DNA of 64,000 nt from Flectonema sp. DT1601 (taxonomy: Eukaryota), in NCBI GenBank assembly GCA_964019425.1, contig OZ025805.1:434001-498000 (forward strand), read 5' to 3'. Below the pieces are notes generated by a model that worked only from the letters and a program-made list of their open reading frames with translations, was not told where the DNA came from and made no database searches. This document shows positions 26,341 through 36,837 of the stretch, piece after piece (the stretch's first letter is position 1; each line of letters begins with the position of its first letter). The position numbers were made by a program, and so were the translations under genes.

Positions 26341-26757
26341 TTTTAGAAAGGAATGGTTTTACTGATTTGAATAAGATAAATAAACTGCTAACACCGAGTA
26401 ATGACATTTATTTTGAACAATAAAATTAGATTAGACTTGTGAGACATTTAGCCCTGATCAGTAGTATCGAATCAGAGTTTATATTTGGTTGGGAATATTT
26501 GAAAAAAATAAGCAGGGAAATTCTCCATTGATATCGGAAATGAGTACCTAGGCATGGGTCACATCCTTGTAGTGTTCACTTTTATTCATTCAGGTCACTG
26601 AAACAGATGAATCCTTTAGTAAAACAGTATTCATACCCCTTTGAGGGAATGTAATTACATGTCGCATCCTCGTAGTATTCGATACCCAGATGTCACTTGT
26701 ACAAGTTCTTTCTAACAGAACCCTTCCCACCTCACAGCAAATTATTTAAAAAAGACA

Positions 26758-28068
26758 ATGCAAGTTTTTGTGACGTGTCCTGATTGGGGACTCCCCGCAG
26801 TGACAGTGACGGCTGGTGCTGATTCGGTTGTGATCGACGTGTTGACGGAGGCTGCTGAGGAGTGGGATGTGGATCCGGAGGAAGTTGAACTCTCGTTTGC
26901 TGGTGATACCCTTTGCGAAACTGATCGGCTGGCAGATCATGGAGTGGTTGCAAACAGCGAGTTTGAAATGTGGACGAAGCAGTTTAGGATATTCGGTAAA
27001 TGCTGGTTTGTTGATGATGCAAAACGGGAGAAGCTGCTTCTTTGGATGAGAGACCACATTACGGAGTATTTATGTCTGGACACTGCCACATTCACAGAAG
27101 ATGGTTGCCTCACTGTTGACGGTAAGCTGCTTCCTTCAGATGCCGAACAGATTGCTTTCCGCAATTCAAATTCCAACAGCACAGCCATGTCATCAGTTAC
27201 CACTATCGGAGATGAGTTCTTGTCTTCCTGTTCGCAAATCACTTCTCTTGACATTTCAGGTCTTAGTAGTGTCACCACTATAGGAAAATTATTCTTGTCT
27301 TCCTGTTCACAAATCACTTCTGTAAACCTTTCAGGTCTTAGTAGTGTCACGGCTATTGGATATAAGTTCTTGTCTTCCTGTTCACAAATATCTTCTCTTG
27401 ACTTATCAGGTCTTAGTAGTGTCACCATAGTAGGAGTCGGATTCCTGTTTTCCTGTTCACGAGTCGTTTCTATTGATCTTTCTGGTCTTAGTAGTGTCAC
27501 CATAGTAGGAGGCGGATTCCTGTTTTCCTGTTCACGAGTCGTTTCTCTTGATCTTTCTGGTCTTAGTAGTGTCACTACTATTGGTGATCTTTTCTTGTCT
27601 CACTGTTCACAAATCACTTTTCTCGACCTTTCAGGTCTCAATAGTGTCACCTCTATTGGTGATGATTTCTTGTGTTCTTGTGAACGGATAGCAACAGTTG
27701 ACCTTTCAGGTCTTTGCTGTGTTACTTCTATTGGAGATAGGTTCCTTTCTTTTTGTACACAAATCACTTCTGTGAACCTTTCGGGTCTTGATAGTGTCAC
27801 CGCTATAGCAAATTACTTCTTGCGTTGTTGTTTATGTATTATTTCTCTTGATCTTTCAAGTCTTATTAGTGTCACCACAATAGGAAGTAATTTCTTGCGT
27901 AGTTGTTCAGGAATCACTTCTCTTGACCTTTCAAGTCTTGGTAGTGTCACCACTATTGGTGATTGCTTTCTCAGTAAATGCTACTCTCTCACATCTGTCC
28001 AGCTTCCTGAAAGTAATAGCGCTCTCTTTGAGAAGTCTGTGAAAGCAGCGATTGATCATTCAGGATAA
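26758..28068 (+). CDS. Ubiquitin-like domain + BspA/TpLRR-type leucine-rich-repeat protein (11 repeats)
   Basis: N-terminal MQVFV...LSFAGDTL...LADHGV resembles a ubiquitin fold. 25-aa repeats CSQITSLDLSGLSSVTTIGxxFL. No signal peptide or TM segment. Confidence 0.9.
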   Translation: MQVFVTCPDWGLPAVTVTAGADSVVIDVLTEAAEEWDVDPEEVELSFAGDTLCETDRLADHGVVANSEFEMWTKQFRIFGKCWFVDDAKREKLLLWMRDHITEYLCLDTATFTEDGCLTVDGKLLPSDAEQIAFRNSNSNSTAMSSVTTIGDEFLSSCSQITSLDISGLSSVTTIGKLFLSSCSQITSVNLSGLSSVTAIGYKFLSSCSQISSLDLSGLSSVTIVGVGFLFSCSRVVSIDLSGLSSVTIVGGGFLFSCSRVVSLDLSGLSSVTTIGDLFLSHCSQITFLDLSGLNSVTSIGDDFLCSCERIATVDLSGLCCVTSIGDRFLSFCTQITSVNLSGLDSVTAIANYFLRCCLCIISLDLSSLISVTTIGSNFLRSCSGITSLDLSSLGSVTTIGDCFLSKCYSLTSVQLPESNSALFEKSVKAAIDHSG

Positions 28069-29277
28069 AGTAGAGAATTGATTCTTAAGGTTTTTCTTTT
28101 TTTGTTATTTTTGTTTTATTAATTACTTGACCTTCGTGTACATTCTGACTGAAATATGAAAACTTCTTATCAAAGATTACGGAATAAGAACAATCATCGA
28201 TTTGAGAACTACTTTAAAAGGTATTACGGTCACATAAAAGAAGGGAAATAAAAGTAAGAAAAGAAAATAATAATTAAGAATATTTAAAAAAGTAAATAAG
28301 TCTGAAGGAAGAGAAGCTCAAGGAGCAGATTGGACAAGAACAACTCCAACAACAACAACAACAACTGTGTGTTCGTCATCGGAACAGTCGCATTCCCTGA
28401 TCTCACCCCCACTTCCCAGAACTGTACAGATACTTCTTTGTTGTGGATTTCTGACTTGTTTAATCTGAACTCTTAATTATAAACCATATTTCTTTATCAG
28501 GTGCATCCAGTAATGAAAAGTGACTTACCCGACGACGGAAGAGAAATGTATTGTGGATTTTAGTTTTATTAGAAGCACTGCTTTTAGTGTAGAGATTTTG
28601 ATGCTCCCAATTAACTTTTTTATGAGAAGTGTTACAGCAACCTGAAAATAAAATATGAAATTAGATTAGAAGAGGGAAGCTGTGAAACACATTTGTGAAC
28701 TACTTTTGATTGGCAGCCAATCAATAATTATATCCAAACATTATTTACAGAAATGTAATAACATGTCGCATCCTCGTAGTATTCGATGATTCAATGTAGG
28801 GATCGTATTTATATTTATTGTTGCTGCCTGGCGTTTTGAAAATATGAAATACACCAATAGAGGTACTCATATTATAAAAACAGAACCGGCATGGAACTTT
28901 GAAATTGAAAAGTTAGATACGAACGTACTAATGCTATCCCCGGTTAGAGATGCACGAGCGTTATCTCCGGAAAAATAATTTTGAAACTAAGTATGATTCC
29001 AACTGTGCCAAACATGACAAAGTGTCATATCCCACTATAAGAATCACCTGCTGAAATTACATACCAAACCATGACAATCTCACCACTGGATTTCAGTACC
29101 CCGAGTATCGTTATGCATTTATGGATATACCTACCTCTCGAAACCTAAATAGTTATTTAGAAGGCTAATTTAAGGATCACCTTAGTTCGCTGTATTCCTT
29201 AACAGATTGTTAAATTATCGTTCATTCCCCCTACAGGATATTATCCGTACAGTAATAAATATTTATATCATCGTGAA

Positions 29278-31572
29278 ATGCTGTTGTCAGTAATCGCACT
29301 GCTTGCAGTGTCACAATGTGAATTGAACGGAACTATTATAAATCCGTTCTATGTTTACAAAGCTAGTGACATTATTGATTGTTACAACACTGTTCCAGTT
29401 GATCAGGATGTGATTACCGAAGCGTTGAAGGCAGCATCAGAAATGATTGAGTTCTATCACGGTACTGATGTTGCTATGTCTACAGATCCGAATATCGTCG
29501 GGAAAGTTGATTTGAGATTGGCTCTTGCGGAATTTCGTATCAGAAATTGGGATTCCGACTTCCAGTTTCACAGTTCAATGGGACGGCTTTTCTCTAAGCT
29601 TCATGATGGTCATACTGCATACATCATCCCTTCAGGGTACCATTCAGCTTATGCGTTACCCATTGTCTTGGGATCGAAATTAGTTAACAATCAACAAGTT
29701 ATATATGTCAGTGATTTCCATTCGACATTCTCTACTTTCTCACCTGGACAATCATGGAGCTCTATTGCAGTAAACGATACAATTTCAGAGATTAACGGGT
29801 TTCCAGCATTGTCTTATTTGGCTGACTTCTTCGATGAAAATGGAGCATCAAAGACGAGGGGAGCTGATCTAAATCGGTTCTTACGAGAAGTGCGAACCTT
29901 CTCAAATACAGTAACTGGTCTTCAACTGCTTTCCATGGATATCACAATTCTAGGTGGAGCTACGCACACGATTCCATTATATGCAGGAAGAGCTGATCGC
30001 GAACTAACAACTGCCTTGATTATTTCTCAAAACGTTCCACAACAACAAACTGTTAGAAAAGTTGAGACTCAGAGCACTCTCTCAGAAATTGATCAACTTC
30101 ACTCCATTTCACGTGAGCTCAGGGATGCGAGGGTAACAGATTTCGAGCATCGTATTAAGCCGATTAGCACTCCAGAAAGGAGAAATGTTGAAGCTTTATC
30201 TCCGTCTGAATTGTGGACTCAGGGAAATGTGGTTGCTCAGTTCCCGAAGAATACCAGCGACCCAAATATTGTGTGCACGTCTTTTGAGCATTTAGATGAT
30301 CCAGTCATGTATCTCTACATCGATACGTTCCACCCAGAAATAGGTGGGGGGTCTTCTTGTGGTGATATAAGAGTGTTGGCGGATTTCGTGAAAGTAGTTG
30401 AAGCTTGCAACGATCGTTCATCTCAAACTACTGAACTCATATTGGATGTTCGTGGAAACGGAGGTGGAGTGATTTTGCTGTATTGGCAAATCTTAAATTA
30501 CTTCTCTCCTAAGTTGTGGTTGCCAACTGAGTTGAGAGAAGCCTCAAAAACAACTTCTTCATTCCACGTTGAACCAGCTGTGACAGCGTCAGTTAAAGGA
30601 GCTTGGGAATACTCTTTGACTAACATGACTAGAAAGTACCTCGACCTCTACTACGCTGTAGTATTTAGCGACTCTACTTACAATGTGATCTTATCAACAA
30701 CAGGTGAGAGTCTTATTGATGAACCACTCAGTGCCACAGATAGAAGCAATTCTTACAATAAATTAAAGGATCTTTTCACTAATAAATTAGTAGAGAAGAG
30801 TCGTGCAACTGGATCCCCAAAGGTCTGGGTCGCACCAAAACTTGAAAGAATGTACAAGCCGTTCGTTGACTTTAAGAACGTTGATAAGTGTCGTTTCCGT
30901 GATGATTTCTTTCCAAAGCAACCAACGAAAGGTTTTGCAACAATTAAAGTAATGTCGCTTGGATTATGTGGCAGCTCGTGTTCACACACTGTGAAGCTTC
31001 TTAATAACGTAAACGCAGCGACTGTGTTCACTGCTGGAGGTGTTAGTGGAGAACGTCACAGGATAAGCTCAACTACCAATGCTCCTGTTTATCAATGGAA
31101 TGCTTGGACTGATATTGCTAATAGCAGAGGTATGGGAGATGGTCTTACCCCAATCACTATGACTAATGCTGCACTGTCGTTTAGTTTAGCTGCTTTTTAT
31201 CCAGATCTTACTGACCCTTATTCTGGTGAATTCGAACCAGTTTACGCGAAGGAAACACTGCCTTACTGGCCTCCATTCTCACCAGCAACAGAACTCGATA
31301 TGCTGAAACAGATTGCAAGTAAAAGTATTTCAACGACAACTGGTTGGGTAGAATATGAGAACGGTACTTTTAAGGTTCCGGGTACGGTGGTTGCTGAATC
31401 AGTACCAGCAACACCATCACCACCTTCTAGTGGTCTGGAGTTGGGTGTCTTATTGCTTGTGATTATTTTACCTACAGTTACTGTTATTGCCGTCATCATA
31501 ATTGTGTTTTGCTTTCATAAGAAACGTTCAACCGAACAGACCAGGGAAATTAGTCATGAAATGCATGAGTAA
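29278..31572 (+). CDS. Membrane-anchored S41-family (tail-specific-like) serine peptidase, copy 1
   Basis: Signal peptide, LHDGHT, ILDVRGNGGG, CGSSCS (putative nucleophile), C-terminal TM and short basic tail. Confidence 0.85.
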   Translation: MLLSVIALLAVSQCELNGTIINPFYVYKASDIIDCYNTVPVDQDVITEALKAASEMIEFYHGTDVAMSTDPNIVGKVDLRLALAEFRIRNWDSDFQFHSSMGRLFSKLHDGHTAYIIPSGYHSAYALPIVLGSKLVNNQQVIYVSDFHSTFSTFSPGQSWSSIAVNDTISEINGFPALSYLADFFDENGASKTRGADLNRFLREVRTFSNTVTGLQLLSMDITILGGATHTIPLYAGRADRELTTALIISQNVPQQQTVRKVETQSTLSEIDQLHSISRELRDARVTDFEHRIKPISTPERRNVEALSPSELWTQGNVVAQFPKNTSDPNIVCTSFEHLDDPVMYLYIDTFHPEIGGGSSCGDIRVLADFVKVVEACNDRSSQTTELILDVRGNGGGVILLYWQILNYFSPKLWLPTELREASKTTSSFHVEPAVTASVKGAWEYSLTNMTRKYLDLYYAVVFSDSTYNVILSTTGESLIDEPLSATDRSNSYNKLKDLFTNKLVEKSRATGSPKVWVAPKLERMYKPFVDFKNVDKCRFRDDFFPKQPTKGFATIKVMSLGLCGSSCSHTVKLLNNVNAATVFTAGGVSGERHRISSTTNAPVYQWNAWTDIANSRGMGDGLTPITMTNAALSFSLAAFYPDLTDPYSGEFEPVYAKETLPYWPPFSPATELDMLKQIASKSISTTTGWVEYENGTFKVPGTVVAESVPATPSPPSSGLELGVLLLVIILPTVTVIAVIIIVFCFHKKRSTEQTREISHEMHE

Positions 31573-34165
31573 GTCAAAAATATACCTCACCGATTTTTTT
31601 ATAATATGAAACGTGCCTGTCGGTTCAAAACCCTCCCTCTCATCGTCAAAATGGAGTAGTTGTCGTTAACAGTTGTGATACATTATTATGTTGGTTTATT
31701 GAAAAATAAAACAATTATCCCTCCCTTCAATGAAATTCGTAACTGTTTTTTTTTTTTAAATCAATAAATCCCTCTTCATGAAGTTCCCCTTATTTCATCA
31801 CCTGTTGTGAATAATAACTGTAACGGAAAGGCATATGTTTGCCGTGGTTGCAATTTATGGTTTTCGATACCTCTTTTTCTTTTTTTAATTTTCAAAAAAA
31901 ACAATAGCATGGATACTGCCGTACAAGGTTATTCATTTTCGTTGTTGTCGTGTATGTAAAGTAGAACCGATAAAGCAGAAAAGTTTTTAAAAATATTTTT
32001 TTTTAATATTTTCCCTGCAATGATAAACATTTCAGGTGTAAACATCTCACATCGCCATAACTTACATTCCGACATTTGTATTTTTAACGTCATCAAACTA
32101 CTGTGTAATTGTTGTGTTTATTCCTCTCTTATTCTTTTTTTTAAACTAAAAAAAACAAACGTAACCCTTATAACTAAATGTAAGCTCGTGGGCAGTGCCT
32201 GTGAGATCTTAATCCCTTCAAACCCCCCGTGTCTATACTGATGATGAGAGAATAGAGGTTAAAGAGGTATATATGGATTACTCTCGAAACCTAAATAGTT
32301 ACTTTAAAAGACTAAGATAAGCCTCTATTGTAGTATAAGTGTGACACGAGGTTAACTGAGCGACTCTTGCTGACTGTGAAGCTAGACTAGATGGCTGCTC
32401 AGGTGTACGGGACTCTCACCCAAGAGACTGTGTTGTTGAGTGTCTCTTGTAGTGTATAAATTAAGGTTATAAAGCAGAAAGTTAAAGATAACTTTGGCAT
32501 TTGTTTTTAACATAATCTGCTTATCGCTCTCTCCTGTTCTGTTTTTTTTTTTTTTTTTTTTTTTTAAATGTAGTATCTGACAGCGGGAATCCCCATATTC
32601 GCCAGTTTTTCAAAGTTGCTCTCCATTTAATATTAGTATCAAGTCCCCCCCGCTCTGGGGCTTTCACTTAAGCAACCAGATTTCACGAGAGTACCATAAA
32701 AAGGTGTTGGATAAACCATAATTTTAAATTTCCTTTTTTTTTAGCTCTCTCGGTTTATGTTGATTGACTGTTTCGTACATCAAATATTCCCATCTATTCA
32801 CAAGTATTTGTTTATATTAATTTATAACATTCTCTTAATATCTCTTTTGATTCTGTTCCTTACAAATTGGAATTGCTACTCGTGTTGCCTGTTTTCTTCT
32901 TGTCGAGGCTTTCAGTAAGCCCCCCCTTGTAATATAAATTCTTTTGGGACAATAGGAGAATTCATGTCGCACGCATGTGATTATTTCATGAAGGTTTTAA
33001 TATGTAATGGAACAGTATTTTTTCTTTTTTGTTATTCCTTTCTCATTACCCATTCTTTTTTTTTGCTCGCAATCTGTTATTCTTCTGGACAAGGTGAACA
33101 GTTGGCAATCGATCCTTGCATCCGAAAGCTATAAAAACCATCACCGCGATTATGTCCTCTAAAATAGAATTAACTTTTGCTTCTTCGTCTCATCTCCGCA
33201 GGTGGTTTGTGAAAGCCTCTGCTAGGAAATCCTAATACTAACTCTTACTGATAAAACATCGAATTTCAGTTAAAAACAATCATTGTTTGTTTACTTATTC
33301 GTGACAACTCATAAGCCATCATTTATTCCCCCCACAGAGGATAATATCCATACAGTGAAGGCAGTGATTAGCTGAACCATATCTATTGTTCTCTTTATGA
33401 GTTCCTGATCTCACCCACCCTTCCCCACTTCCCAGAACTGTACAGATACTTCTTTGTTGTGGATTTCTGACTTGTTTAATCTGAACTCTTAATTATAAAC
33501 CATATTTCTTTATCAGGTGTGCCCAGTAATGGAAAGTGAATTTCTAATTTAGAAAGTTTCGAATGACAGAAATCATACGAACGTTATCAAGGTGCTAATC
33601 GCTGATTGTTTTTCATAGAAAAGGTAAAGATTATTTATATCCCTTTCTCAGTCCCTGCACACTAACTCAAGAAAAACAATGCAAGTTTTTGTGACTTGTC
33701 CTGATTGGGGACTCCCCGCAGTGACAGTGACGGCTGGTGCTGATTCGGTTGTGAACGACGTGTTGACAGAGGCTGCTGAGGAATGGGATGTGGATCCGGA
33801 GGAAGTTGAACTCTCGTTTGCTGGTGATACCCTTTGCGAAACTGATCGACTGGCAGATCATGGAGTGGTTGCAGACAGCGAGTTTGAAATGTGGACGAAG
33901 CAGTTTAGGATATTCGGTAAATGCTGGTTTGTTGATGATGCAAAACGGGAGAAGCTGCTTCTTTGGATGAGAGACCACATTACGGAGTACTTATGTCTGG
34001 ACACTGCCACATTCACAGAAGATGGTTGCCTCACTGTTGACGGTAACCTGCTTCCTTCAGATGCCGAACAGATTGCTTTCCGCAATTCAAATTCCAACAG
34101 CACAGCCATGTCATCAGTTACCACTATCGGAGATGAGTTCTTGTCTTCCTGTTCGCAAATCACTT

Positions 34166-34238
34166 GGGTAACGAAACTCGGATAGCGCGCCTCCTCGTGG
34201 TGTTGCCTGGATGCACCTTGTGTGTAACTAGAGTGCTG
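34166..34238 (+). ncRNA. HDV-like self-cleaving ribozyme (predicted)
   Basis: P1 GGGTAAC/GTTGCCT, P2 TAGCGC/GTGCTG, P3 GCC/GGT, L3 TCCTCGT, P1.1 CC/GG, P4 TGCAC/GTGTA, J4/2 with C. Confidence 0.82.
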
Positions 34239-34859
34239 ACGTATTGTTGTTGTTGCTGTGTATTCTTTTACCCCCGTTTTATTTTCCGGTAGCCTAACCT
34301 TTAAAAAAAAAGGACAACATAGCAGAAGGTCAGGTGATCCGGCCCGGGATACTCAGGCACCCAGAGCTCACAGGGGCCACCGGGTTTTTATTTTTTCCTT
34401 AGTGGCATGATTTCCCTTTACCCCCATTTCCTTCAAACTTCCCCCGTTTAGTCTTTTCACGCATGGGGGGATTATAAGTTCAGGTCGCCTGAAATGTATT
34501 AACAGTATCAGCCCCGCGAGTTACTCGGGGAGCTCCCATGCAATGTGTGGAGAAAGAGGCCATCCCTCCCCCTACCTCTCTGCTTTACTACGTCGTTTTT
34601 TGTGTGTGGCATTTCTTTTCTTATATTCTTTTCTTTTCAATCTTGTTCCTTCACACGCAGTTGTTCGAGCAGTTGTGAACCACCTTGGGTCTCTTACGGT
34701 CTCCAAGCTACTGTTGTGCGAAGAAACAAATCTGTTGGTGCGGTGGCCTTCCGACGCCACCTGGACCGCAACTCGTTCACAGTGCCCTACCCGGTTCTCC
34801 ACCGGACCGCCTGAGCGACGGGATCCATGGGATTCAAACCCCTAAACACTGGTTAATTT
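34166..34859 (+). mobile_element. Non-autonomous LRR-targeting retroelement (SINE/SIDE-like), full length
   Basis: Perfect 20-bp TSD ttcctgttcgcaaatcactt (34146-34165 and 34860-34879). Starts GGGTAAC and ends ggttaa-T(n). Confidence 0.92.
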
Positions 34860-36837
34860 TTCCTGTTCGCAAATCACTTCTCTTGACCTTTCAGGTCTTA
34901 GTAGTGTCACCACTATAGGAAAGTTATTCTTGTCTTCCTGTTCACAAATCACTTCTGTAAACCTTTCAGGTCTTAGTAGTGTCACGGCTATTGGATATAA
35001 GTTCTTGTCTTGCTGTTCACAAATATCTTCTCTTGACTTATCAGGTCTTAGTAGTGTCACCATAGTAGGAGGCGGATTCCTGTTTTCCTGTTCACGAGTC
35101 GTTTCTATTGATCTTTCTGGTCTTAGTAGTGTCACTACTATTGGTGATCTTTTCTTGTCTCACTGTTCACAAATCACTTTTCTCGACCTTTCAGGTCTCA
35201 ATAGTGTCACCTCTATTGGTGATGATTTCTTGTGTTCTTGTGAACGGATAGCAACAGTTGACCTTTCAGGTCTTTGCTGTGTTACTTCTATTGGAGATAG
35301 GTTCCTTTCTTTTTGTACACAAATCACTTCTGTGAACCTTTCGGGTCTTGATAGTGTCACCGCTATAGCAAATGACTTCTTGCGTGATTGTTTATGTATT
35401 ATTTCTCTTGATCTTTCAAGTCTTATTAGTGTCACCACAATAGGAAGTAATTTCTTGCGTAGTTGTTCAGGAATCACTTCTCTTGACCTTTCAAGTCTTG
35501 GTAGTGTCACCACTATTGGTGATTGCTTTCTCAGTAAATGCTACTCTCTCACATCTGTGCAGCTGCCTGAAAGTAATAGCGCTCTCTTTGAGAAGTCTGT
35601 GAAAGCAGCGATTGATCATTCAGGATAAAGTGGTGAATTGATTCTTAAGGTTTTTCTTTTTTTGTTATTTTTGTTTTATTAATTACTTGACCTTCGTGTA
35701 CATTCCGACTGAAATATGAAAACTTCTTATCAAAGATTACGGAATAAGAACAATCATCGATTTGAGAACTACTTTAAAAGGTATTCCGGTCACATAAAAG
35801 AAGGGAAATAAAAGTAAGAAAAGAAAATAATAATTAAGAATATTTAAAAAAGTAAATAAGTCTGAAGGAAGAGAAGCTCAAGGAGCAGATTGGACAAGAA
35901 CAACTCCAACAACAACAACAACAACTGTGTGTTCGTCATCGGAACAGTCGCATTCCCTGATCTCACCCCCACTTCCCAGAACTGTACAGATACTTCTTTG
36001 TTGTGGATTTCTGACTTGTTTAATCTGAACTCTTAATTATAAACCATATTTCTTTATCAGGTGCATCCAGTAATGAAAAGTGACTTACCCGACGACGGAA
36101 GAGAAATGTATTGTGGATTTTAGTTTTATTAGAAGCACTGCTTTTAGTGTAGAGATTTTGATGCTCCCAATTAACTTTTTTATGAGAAGTGTTACAGCAA
36201 CCTGAAAATAAAATATGAAATTAGATTAGAAGAGGGAAGCTGTGAAACACATTTGTGAACTACTTTTGATTGGCAGCCAATCAATAATTATATCCAAACA
36301 TTATTTACAGAAATGTAATAACATGTCGCATCCTCGTAGTATTCGATGATTCAATGTAGGGATCGTATTTATATTTATTGTTGCTGCCTGGCGTTTTGAA
36401 AATATGAAATACACCAATAGAGGTACTCATATTATAAAAACAGAACCGGCATGGAACTTTGAAATTGAAAAGTTAGATACGAACGTACTAATGCTATCCC
36501 CGGTTAGAGATGCACGAGCGTTATCTCCGGAAAAATAATTTTGAAACTAAGTATGATTCCAACTGTGCCAAACATGACAAAGTGTCATATCCCACTATAA
36601 GAATCACCTGCTGAAATTACATACCAAACCATGACAATCTCACCACTGGATTTCAGTACCCCGAGTATCGTTATGCATTTATGGATATACCTACCTCTCG
36701 AAACCTAAATAGTTATTTAGAAGGCTAATTTAAGGATCACCTTAGTTCGCTGTATTCCTTAACAGATTGTTAAATTATCGTTCATTCCCCCTACAGGATA
36801 TTATCCGTACAGTAATAAATATTTATATCATCGTGAA

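Larger units (their letters stand above)
33679..35628 (+). pseudogene. Ubl-LRR gene (10 repeats) interrupted in its first LRR
   Basis: Removing 34166-34879 (element plus one TSD) restores a continuous frame nearly identical to 26758-28068 minus one 75-bp repeat. Confidence 0.9.

Noticed and set aside
26937..27800. Antisense ORFs with VTLLRPERSRE repeats
   Set aside because: Shadow frames of the LRR repeats.
27200..28000. 75-bp periodic repeats as a CRISPR-like array
   Set aside because: They are in-frame coding LRR units without unique spacers, in a eukaryotic context with no cas genes.
34543..34845. Recurrent 100-aa, 89-aa and 76-aa ORFs inside the short element (also at 25230, 46586, 47435)
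   Set aside because: They recur only because the DNA copies are near identical. They overlap in several frames and show no recognisable domain.
34831..34847. Telomere-like cccctaaa or tRNA T-arm-like gggattcaaaccc at the element 3' end
   Set aside because: Single short match with no tandem array and no cloverleaf.
34166..34905. Short element as a removable spliceosomal intron (GG|GTAAC donor, T tract, downstream TTTCAG)
   Set aside because: Splicing to the next three AGs changes length by -13, -20 or -23 nt, so the LRR frame is not restored. The 5' end is better explained as ribozyme P1.
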